Program-made: the position numbers and the translations under genes | Shown: positions 10,195 to 19,215 of the stretch, piece after piece | How positions within the stretch are numbered: the stretch's first letter is position 1 | Layout of the letters: the number at the start of each line of letters is the position of its first letter | Notes under the pieces: generated by a model | What the model was told of the DNA's origin: nothing | What the model saw: only the letters and a program-made list of their open reading frames with translations | Databases searched by the model: none | NCBI GenBank assembly: GCA_035221665.1 | Contig: CM069147.1 | Span: 45,012,001 to 45,076,000 of the forward strand | Direction of reading: 5' to 3' | DNA length: 64,000 bases | DNA from: Okamejei kenojei | Taxonomy: Eukaryota

Positions 10195-12850
10195 ATGGAA
10201 ACCTGTGACTCCCCTACCATCACTGGGCAAGAGGATGGGTGTAGCACTTCCCAGCATCAGGAATGGACTGAATCCAACCCCCAGGTCTCTGATAAAGTTG
10301 GTTCAATGGAATCTGCACAAGAGAACTGCATCCCGTGTGAGAACCTAAGGTCATCATTCGACGAGTGCAGCTCAGAGACTGCTGCGGCGGCTGCTGTTCC
10401 ACACGGCACCTTGTCCACCAAGGAGGTCAGCTGCAACGAGTGTTCATCCTCATTCTCAAGTTTACAAAAGTACATGGAACACCATTGCCCGAACTCGCAC
10501 CCTCAGCTCCTCCAGGAGGAAAGTGACAGTGAAATGAGCGAGGCAGAGGAGAGCGACGTGGAGAACCTGGTTGGGGAGATTGTCTACCAGCCAGATGGCT
10601 CTGCCTACATCGTTGAGAATGTGAACCAGTTAATGCAAAGCATCCAACCTGGAGGGCCCAGTGGCAGTAGTGTCCTCCCAGCATTGTTCATGAACTCTAT
10701 GTCCAACGCTGGGAGTAAGCAAGGGGAGTCCACCTCCGCAGCATCCGTCTCTGTCTATCCACAGATCATCAACACTTTTCACATAGCCTCATCTTTTGGG
10801 AAGTGGTTTGGTTCTGACCAGGCATTCCCAAATACCTCAGCACTGACAGGCATCAGTCCTGTCTTGCACACTTTCCGTGTTTTTGACGTGCGACACAAAA
10901 GCAACAAGGATTACCTGAACAGTGATGGCTCTGCCAAAAACTCTTGTGTATCCAAAGATGTCCCTAACAATGTGGACTTGTCTAAGTTTGACAGTTTCGT
11001 GCTCTATGGCAAACGAAAGCCGATTTTAATGTGTTTTTTGTGCAAGTTGTCTTTTGGATATGTGAGGTCATTTGTAACGCATGCTGTGCATGACCACCGA
11101 ATGACCCTTAGTGAAGAGGAGCACAAGCTCTTAAGTAATAAGAACGTGTCTGCTATCATCCAAGGGATAGGCAAAGACAAGGAACCTCTTATAAGCTTTC
11201 TGGAACCAAAAAACAAAAACTTTCAACACCCTTTAGTTTCCACAGCTAACCTCATTGGCCCTGGTCAGAACTTCTATGGTACTTTCAGTGGAATCCATGT
11301 TGATGGTGATGAGGCTGTCCAGGCTGGTTTGGCTTTATTCAAAGATTCTGAAGGTAGTACGAGTGCAACTGAGCAGCTTCATCCAATCCCACTGGCACAG
11401 AGTGCTCTGTTGAATCTTGGAGGGTTGACCAGCTCATCCCTAAAGACCCCAATTACCTCAGTCCCTCTGGGCCACCTTGCTTCCGGGCCTACCAAAACGT
11501 CAGAGAGCAAGGATTTGGGGATGGAAATCGAGAAGAAAAAAGCCAGTGGAGAGTTTAGCGCTGACAGTTGCCTCATGGAAAAGGCGGACTCTGCTGAACA
11601 AGCGGAGGAAGATGAGGAGTGCAAAGACCTGTTCCCAAACGAGTCAGATGAGGATGATGATGAGCCCCAGGAAGACCCTGAGGGTGATGCATGTAGCAAC
11701 AAGGAACTCACTCTCTCAAACCAAAGCATTTCTAAATCTCCTTTAATGCCTAATGTGCTGAACCCTTCTCCGAGGGGCACCTCTTCTTCTTCTACTTCTT
11801 CCTTTGTTGTTTTCGATGGTGCAAATGGGAGGAATGCAGTGAGCTTGTCAAACGACAGCGCAAGCGGCGACAGCTGTGTCGGTAATGCTGAGAGTAATAG
11901 GACGGACTTTGTAGATGAAAGTGCCAATAAAGACAGTGCCACAGCTCCTGAACCAAATGAACCTGTCGATGGCGAGGAAGGAAACTATGCCTCCCATCAC
12001 CCGCATGCCAGCACTCCCTGTGACCTGGGGGGTGGGGAATGCTCATCCGGAAGCACCGTAGAGTGTCCGAAGTGCGACACGGTCCTGGGCTCCTCACGGT
12101 CCCTTGGTGGGCACATGACCATGATGCATTCTCGGAACTCGTGCAAGACCTTGAAGTGTCCAAAGTGCAACTGGCACTACAAGTACCAGCAGACGCTGGA
12201 GGCGCACATGAAGGAAAAGCACCCAGAATCCGGTGGCTCGTGTGGCTATTGCAAATCTGGGCAACCTCACCCTCGGTTAGCCCGGGGAGAGAGTTACACG
12301 TGTGGTTACAAGCCTTTCCGATGTGAGGTGTGTAACTACTCCACTACAACCAAAGGCAATCTCAGTATTCATATGCAGTCCGACAAGCATCTCAATAACA
12401 TGCAGAACTTGCAGAACGGCGGAGGCGACCAGGTTTTCAGCCACACCGCTGGGGCAGCCGTGGCGGTGGCAGCCGCTGCCGCCGCCGCCGCCAGCATGAG
12501 CTCGTGCGGGGCCTCCTCGCCCACCAAACCAAAAACCAAACCCACTTGGCGGTGCGAGGTGTGCGACTACGAGACCAACGTGGCCAGGAACCTGCGCATT
12601 CACATGACCAGCGAGAAGCACATGCACAACATGATGCTGCTCCAGCAGAACATGAACCAGATCCAGCACAGCAGACACTTAGGCCTCAGCAACCTGGCAC
12701 CTGCAGAGGCTGAGCTTTACCAGTACTACCTGGCCCAGAACATGAACCTCCCAGGCCTGAAGCTGGAAAATGCAACCGACACACAGTTTATGCTGGGTGG
12801 ATTCCAACTGGACCCAACAAATGCAGTATCAGCACTTGCACCTGCACTAG
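10195..12850 (+). CDS. ZFHX3: Zinc finger homeobox protein 3 (ATBF1), first coding exon (885 codons + 1 nt; exon itself starts at 10149)
   Basis: Acceptor ttttcag|gc at 10148/10149, Kozak caccATGG at 10195, donor CTAG|gtaata at 12850/12851. The translation has C2H2 fingers ([108 protein letters not shown]) and segments I recognise as ZFHX3 rather than ZFHX4 ([55 protein letters not shown], poly-Ala then [10 protein letters not shown]). Confidence 0.96.
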
Positions 12851-13459
12851 GTAATAGACAATACCTTCATTATTCCAAATATTTCCACTTAATTCTTTAC
12901 GACTATTGAAATATAAATACATCTGTTTCATCGGCTCAGGAAATACCATTCAAACTAGTGCACGCGTATTCGGATTATAAAAAGTATAAGCATTTGGATG
13001 TGTCGGTTCCCATGAGACATGATCATACACCTTAATAGGCTTTGTCGTTGAATCGAGAGAGTTTCCAAAGTTTCTTGTGCTAACTGCTCTGGAACAAGTC
13101 CATGATTGCACTTTAATAAATATAAATTCAGAACAAAGTCAAACATTACACTTCTCATTAAAAAGATGAGCTTTGATGGTTTTCCAATAAGTAGCAGTGA
13201 TGTGAATTGAGGGCTGCATTAGAGAGGGATATGACCACCTCTGTTTTGCATTTCAAGAGTTAACTATAAATTGCCCTGTTTTACTTGTCCCCCAAATCAC
13301 ATACAAAGTGAACAATAACAAAGGCTTAAAAAAGTTGACCCCATGTTTTACGGATGACATGAAAAGATGTTGCATTGATAAGTCAGTTGACACCAATATT
13401 TGTGATTTTACTGAAATGTTCACCTACACTGTTCCCAGTGTATTGGCTCATTTTCTGTT

Positions 13460-13715
13460 ACCAACAATAGACAATACGTGCAGGAGTAGGCCATTCGGCC
13501 CTTCAAGCCAGCACCGCCATTCAATGTGATCATGGCTGATCATCCCCAATCAGTACCCCGTTCCTGCTTTCTCCCCATATCCCCTGACTCCACTATTTTT
13601 AAGAGCCCTAACTAGCTCTCTCTTGAAAGCATCCAGAGAACCTGCCTCCACTGCCCTCTGGGGCAGTGAATTCCACAGACTCACCATTCGCTATGAGAAA
13701 AAGTGTTTCCTCATT
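13460..13715 (-). mobile_element. CR1 LINE 3' end fragment
   Basis: Reverse complement of 26650-26897 (caatagacaatacgtgcaggagtaggccattcggccc...cagtaccccgttcctgctttctcccc). Confidence 0.85.
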
Positions 13716-14068
13716 TACCAATTCATTTTTATGTAAAATTTGAATTGTGTTGTGGGACTGGATGGGGCTATATTTTGTTTCTTATCTAAAAAGCAACACT
13801 CGCAATTCCCTTGTGAAGCTATTTGGGGGAGTTTACCAGTGACTAGAAAAGGAGAGAGGAAGTTAGTATTTATATTTACTAGTACCATCTGCATAGGTAT
13901 TACAAAATATAGAATGTGTTGACAAAAGAGGATTATTGGTGTTTTATAACAATTAGAGGCCTATTCTATTAAGGATCCTAGCGTCATTTGGGCATGTTTA
14001 GATAGTAGCCTTGAGCAAACAATCCCAGCCCTAACAATCAGACATGAACCTGATCTATAGGATTTAAG

Positions 14069-14215
14069 GGTACACAAAAGGCTGGAGAAACTCAGCGGGT
14101 GCAGTTGCATCTAAGGAGCGAAGGAGATAGGCGACGTTTCGGGTCGAGACCCTTCTTCAGATTGGTCAGGGATCAGGGAAAAACGAGAGATATAGATGGT
14201 GATGTGGAGAGATAA
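14069..14215 (-). mobile_element. PLE terminal repeat with intact hammerhead core (14133-14160, minus strand)
   Basis: Minus strand reads ctgaaga-a-gggtc-tc-gaccc-gaaa-cgtc-gcc. Flanked by a long host-sequence duplication. Confidence 0.8.
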
Positions 14216-14616
14216 AGAATGTGTTGGCAAAAGAGGATTATTGGTGTTTTATAACAATTAGAGGCCTATTCTATTAAGGATCCTAGCGTCATTTGGGCAT
14301 GTTTAGATTGTAGTCTTGCGCATTTATAGGATTTAATATAGGATATAGGATTTAATCCAGTTTTACAATGCCATGTAATTTGAGTTTGAATAATTTATGG
14401 CACAAGAATGTAATTGATGCCATTCAAAGGCTTTTCTTGGGTGAAAGTACATTCACCAATTAGCAGGCCTCTTTCTGTGGCAATTCATGGCTACTGCCAG
14501 TTGGACGTTTCATTGGCTGTTTCATTCGAACGGCTTAAGTCTGACTGAAAAAAAGGTCAACACAATCTTTAGATATGGTGTGTAAATACACCCCTACACT
14601 AAAAGAAAAGTTTTAA

Positions 14617-14915
14617 AGGAGTGGCATGGCGGTAGAGTTGCTGCCTTACAGAAACAGACACCCGGGTTCGATCCCGACCACGGGTGCTGACTGTACGGAG
14701 TTTGTACGTTCTCCCCGTGACCTGCGCGGGTTTTCTCCGAGATCTTCGGTTTACTCCCGCACTCCAAAATTGTACAGGTCTGTAGGTTAATTGGCTTGAT
14801 ATAACTGTAAATTGTCCCCAGTGTGTGTAGGATAGTGTTAATGTGTGCGGGGATTGCCGGTCGATGTGGACTCGGTGGGCCAAAGGGCATGTTTCCACGC
14901 TGTATCTCTAAACTA
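14617..14915 (+). mobile_element. V-SINE (HE1-like)
   Basis: ggcggtagagttgctgcc, B box ggttcgatccc, V-core, tail gtttccacgctgtatctctaaactaa. Confidence 0.85.
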
Positions 14916-15108
14916 AAAAAAACTTTGCTGTTCCCCAATACTTATGAAGAATGCAGAATGGTTTACACAGAGTAAAATACTCGTGTGAAAACTATCAAAG
15001 AAAAAATTGAAAAGTCCACTGATGATTGCTCAATTCTCAATAGCTGCTGGTTGCCTTTTAATAATATTATCCCATGGATATGTAAAAACAATTCCTGCGG
15101 CAACATTC

Positions 15109-15632
15109 ATTCACCTGCACCTCCTCCAACCTCATCTATTGCATCCGCTGCTCTAGGTGTCAGCTGCGCTACATCGGTGAGACCAAGTGTAGGCTTGCCG
15201 ATCGCTTCGTCCAACACCTCCGCTCGGTTCGCAATAACCAACCGGATCTCCCGGTGACCCAGCACTTCAACTCCCCCTCCCATACCGAATCCGACCTTTC
15301 TGTCCTGGGCCTCCCCCAGAGTGAGGCCCACCGCAAATTGGGGGTGCAGCAACTCATATTTCGCTTGGGCAGTTTACACCCCAGCGGTATGAACATTGAC
15401 TTCTCCAATTTCAGGTAGTCCCTGCTTTCTCCCTCTTTCCCCTCCCCTTCCCAGCTCTCCCACAACCTACTGTCTCTGCCTCTTCCGGCTCCCCCCACCA
15501 CACACCAGTCTGAAGAAAGGTCTCGACCCCAAACGTCACCTATTCCTTCGCTCCATAGATGCTGCCTCAGGTTGCTAGTATCTCCAGCATTTTTGCCTAC
15601 CTTTGATTTTTCCAGCATCTGCAGTTCCTTCC
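15109..15632 (+). mobile_element. 5'-truncated Penelope-like retroelement: GIY-YIG domain (15110-15418) plus 3' terminal repeat
   Basis: Uninterrupted 102 codons FTCTSSNLIYCIRCSRCQLRYIGETKCRLADRFVQHLRSVRNNQPDLPVTQHFNSPSH...LGSLHPSGMNIDFSNFR*, with the PLE-type IY-CxxC-YIG, R, H, H and N signature. Followed by the hammerhead-bearing tail at 15510-15537. Confidence 0.9.
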
Positions 15633-16126
15633 TAGTTCACCTTAGTTCACCTTTGATCGGCATATACATTTGTTTAATGAACATCAATCTCCTTGTTGTG
15701 TTGGTGTTCCTTTCTTAAGGAATTTTAAAAATTCTTCTGAGCAAGGTATTTGTATTTGCCCCATCTTGCTAAGATGAGGAATGTAAAATGGTCATCTAAT
15801 AGGTCCCATCTCTTCATGAATTCAATGGTTATCATTATGATTTTGAATGCCCTCTCAAAATCCATTGCCCCTTTTGCAAATGTTTTTAATTTTTTTAATG
15901 GTACTGCATTTATCAAGAGTTCTAAAAGTACCTCCAAAAGAACAAATTTTCCAAATACAACATGAATATAGGAGACGTGACACACTCTCGAGCCTTCTTC
16001 TGAAACGTGGGAGCGTCTCAGAATCTAAAATAACTGGAATTAAAATGTAACTAAATATCTTCAGCATAGTGTATTGTATCAATATATGTATCATCAAGGA
16101 GTAGCAGAAAAACTAACTAGCGATTT

Positions 16127-16720
16127 AAATGCTGGAGATACTCAGCAGGTCGGACAGCAACTGTGGAGAGAGAAACATTTCAGCCAGAATGAGGCCACAT
16201 GGAAACTGGAGGAACAGCTTCTAATATTCCACTTGGGTAGTTTATAACGTATGAACGTTGAATTCTCCAATTTTATGTAATACACCACTACCTCCTCTCT
16301 CTTATCTGTGCCCCAGTCACCCCACTCCTTTGCTCTCCTTCGTACACTTAACTCTCATCCCTGTGTCCTTCAAATTCCTCTCATCCCTTCCCTCTTTCCC
16401 CTCCCCCATCTCCTTCCACCTCCATCTCCCTCCCTCCAGCTTTACATATCCCTCCGCCTCCTCTCCTCCCCTTGTCACCTGCTGCCTTTATCCACTTACT
16501 CCACCCATCGGACAATCAAAATCCCTCTCACCTCTATCCACCTATCACTTGCCAGACTGTCATGCCCCAACCTCTCTTATCCAGCTTTCTCCCCACTATC
16601 ACTGTCAGTTAGAAGTAGGGTCCTGACTGTAAAACCTCACCTGTCCGTTCACTCTGCAGATGCGGCCTGACCCTTTGAGTTCCTCCAGCACTCTGGTATT
16701 TGCTGAAGATTTCAGCTTGT
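16127..16720 (+). mobile_element. Older diverged PLE copy (inverted 5' stub, end of GIY-YIG, pyrimidine tract, tail)
   Basis: gaggccacatggaaactggaggaacagcttctaatattccacttgggtagttta...atgaacgttgaattctccaatttt (KLEEQ.LIF.LG motif) and tail gatgcggcctgaccctttgagttcctccagca. Confidence 0.7.
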
Positions 16721-16919
16721 TGACCTTTCATCGGAACAAGCAACATTTTAAATCTGTAGTACAATGAGCGATGTGGTGACAGGATAATTTGGGATCGTTT
16801 TTCAAGTGCAGCCTATCTGTGGTTTCCAGCTTCTCCGCTTGATTGCATTACTTTCCACCGAGTGCTCCAGTTTTCTCCTATATCCCAGAGACATGCTGTA
16901 GGTTGATCTATTCTACATT

Positions 16920-17119
16920 TGTGTAGGAAGGAACTGCAGATGCAGGTTTAAACTGAAGATAGACACAAAAAGCTGGAGTAACTCAGCGGGTCTGGCAGCA
17001 TCTCTGGAGAGAAGGGATGGGTGACGTTTCGGGTCGAGACCCTTCTTCGAGGCCCCCATTCCTTCTCTCCAGAGATGCTGCCAGACCCGCTGAGTTACTC
17101 CAGCATTTTGTGTCTATCC
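16920..17119. mobile_element. Palindromic PLE insertion inside a decayed V-SINE (about 16770-17330)
   Basis: Arms 16958-17020 and about 17056-17118 are reverse complements. 13-bp direct repeat catgctgtaggtt at 16892-16904 and 17121-17133. Confidence 0.8.
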
Positions 17120-17464
17120 TCATGCTGTAGGTTAATTAGTTACTGCAAATTACCCGTCAGTGTAAGTAGGTGGCAAAGAAGTAAAGGGGAGTTAATGGGC
17201 ATACGAAAAAGAATCATTTTCCAAGTTATCGGGAAATAAGAAGAGGGGGAATATAGTTTTGGGGGTTGCTTCATTATCAACTGGCATGGACCCAATGGAA
17301 CGAATGGCTTTTTCTGTGTTGTAATAAATAAGTAAGAAAACAAGCATGTTTTAAATTAAAGATGTATAGAAGGGGTGGGTGGTGGGGGATGCCTGTCTTG
17401 CACATCAAGGGAAACTGAATGCCACATGATGTTGGTGCTATCTGAGAGAGAGTGGAAAAGGCTT

Positions 17465-17687
17465 AAGAAGGAACGGCAGATGCTGGAAAATCGAAGGTAG
17501 GCAAAAGTACTGGAGAAACTCAGCGGGTGCAGCAGCATCTATGGAGCGAAGGAAATAGGCGACGTTTCGGGCCGAAGGTTCTGAAGGTTCGGGTCTGAAG
17601 AAGGGTTTCGGCCCGAAATGTTGCTTATTTCCTTCGCTCCATAGATACTGCCGCATCCGCTGAGTTTCTCCAGCACTTTTGCCTACC
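17465..17687. mobile_element. Palindromic PLE insertion, second subfamily, with plus-strand hammerhead at 17595-17622
   Basis: Inverted arms; stem II gggt-ttcg-gccc. TSD gtggaaaaggctt at 17452-17464 and 17688-17700. Confidence 0.8.
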
Positions 17688-17990
17688 GTGGAAAAGGCTT
17701 GTTCATTGCAGCTGAGCTGGAGGGGCTGTAAGTGGAGGAGATGAATAGACAATAGGTGCAGGAGTAATGAGGAGAATGAATGAGGAAAGAGAACCAAAAA
17801 GCAACCTTTGAACTATGAGACAGAGAATGCAGTGAGTCAACATTACAGACTAATGACCCTTCATTAGAACTGGCTAGTTCTGACATGATCTTTTAAAAAA
17901 TGGAACAATCTTTTATCTCCCCTCACCATCACCCCCCTCCAGGTCTGGAAATATTTAATATTTCATAATGGGGCAAGGCATGAAACATAT

Positions 17991-18212
17991 TGAAGGTAGA
18001 CACAAAATGCTGGAGTGACTCAGTATGTCTTGCAGCATCTTTGGAGAGAAGGAATGTGTGATGTTTCGGGCCTAAACTGAAGAGTCAGACTGAAGAAGGC
18101 TCTCGACCCGAAATGTCACCTATCCATGTTCTCCAGAGATGCTGCCAGACCTACTGAGTTACTCCAGCATTTTGTCTTTGTTTCTGGCAAACCGGCATCT
18201 GCAGTTTTCTGC
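17991..18212. mobile_element. Palindromic PLE insertion with plus-strand hammerhead at 18090-18117
   Basis: Minus arm followed by ctgaaga-a-ggctc-tc-gaccc-gaaa-tgtc and the plus tail. Confidence 0.75.
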
Positions 18213-18309
18213 AAGTATTTACTATTTTCCATGTTACACTGCACAGTTTCAAGATGATTTCATGCAGAATGTAGCCTTATTTTACACCAGGCATATAACT
18301 TGACACATA

Positions 18310-18441
18310 TCAGTCTGAAGAAGTGTCTCGACACGAAACGTCACCCATTCCTTCTCTCCAGCGATGCTGCCTGTCCCGCTGAGTTACTCCAGCATTTTTG
18401 TGTCTATCTTCGGTTTAAACCAGCATCTGCAGTTCCTTCCT
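18310..18441 (+). mobile_element. PLE terminal repeat
   Basis: Near-consensus copy. TSD gcatataacttg at 18291-18302 and 18442-18453. Confidence 0.85.
18315..18342 (+). ncRNA. Minimal type I hammerhead ribozyme motif (best sense-strand example)
   Basis: CUGAAGA (18315-21), extra A, stem II GUGUC-uc-GACAC, GAAA (18335-38), palindromic ACGU helix III, predicted cleavage after GUC at 18342. Activity untested; helix I is only about 2 bp. Confidence 0.65.
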
Positions 18442-18884
18442 GCATATAACTTGCAAATTTGCACTTGCACCAGTGTTGACGATTTCAAGAAACTTAAAAA
18501 TATAAAATCTTTTGTCCAAGCAACTTAACCAAGAATAAAATAATGTCAACATGAAGTCATTGTTCTAATATGCATATGCAGCAGTCTAAATGAGAACAGC
18601 ATTGTTCCACAAACTGCTGGTAAATATAGACCTGACATTCTGTTTTTTTTTGTTTATTGATGGGTAAGTGTTGATTCAGACAGTAAGAAAACAGTACTGC
18701 TATGTTCCATCAGAAAGATTGGCTGTGGATCGGTTGAATACATAGAAGCGAGGATTCAAAGTCAAGGTCTATAATTGAATGTCTGGCAGCAATAGCCATG
18801 GTGCCACAATCGCATTTTAGTACGTAGTCCTAATACACGGCACAAAGCACAAACTGTGGTAGTCTAATCCTGGGTTGGAATTCG

Positions 18885-19215
18885 GTTTAGTTTAGTTTAG
18901 ACATACAGCGTGGAAACAGGCCCTTCAGCCCACTGAGTCCGTGCTGACCGGCTATTTCCCCCCCCCCCCCCCCCCCCCCCGTGCACTAGCAGTTTCCTGC
19001 ACACTAGGGACAATTTACAATTTTTACCAAAGCCAATTAACCTACAACCCTGTGCATCTTTGCAGTGTGGGAGGAATCCAAAGATCTCAGAGAAAACCCA
19101 CGCAGGTCATGGGGAGAACGCACAAACTCCATACAGACAGCACCATAGTCAGAATCGAACGCTGATCACTGGAGCTTTAAGGCAGCAGCTCTGCCGCTAC
19201 ACCACCGTGCCGCCC
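18885..19215 (-). mobile_element. V-SINE (HE1-like) with internal poly-C expansion (18958-18980)
   Basis: (tttag)n tail, ggaaacaggcccttcagccc, V-core, aaggcagcagctctgccgctacaccaccgtgccgccc. Confidence 0.8.

Noticed and set aside
10220-12713. Antisense and alternate-frame ORFs overlapping the ZFHX3 exon
   Set aside because: Shadow ORFs of a long coding exon with no recognisable domains.
12851-12909. C-terminal 19 codons of the 904-aa ORF ([19 protein letters not shown])
   Set aside because: Read-through past the splice donor at 12850/12851; homology continues in the exon at 33474.
14617-14690. tRNA-like A/B boxes at SINE heads (also 3489, 27553 and others)
   Set aside because: They continue into V-core and LINE-type tails, so they are SINE heads rather than tRNA genes.
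16920-18441. Clustered similar repeats resembling a CRISPR array or pre-miRNA cluster
   Set aside because: Vertebrate intron, irregular spacing, mixed orientations and TSDs; explained by PLE insertions.
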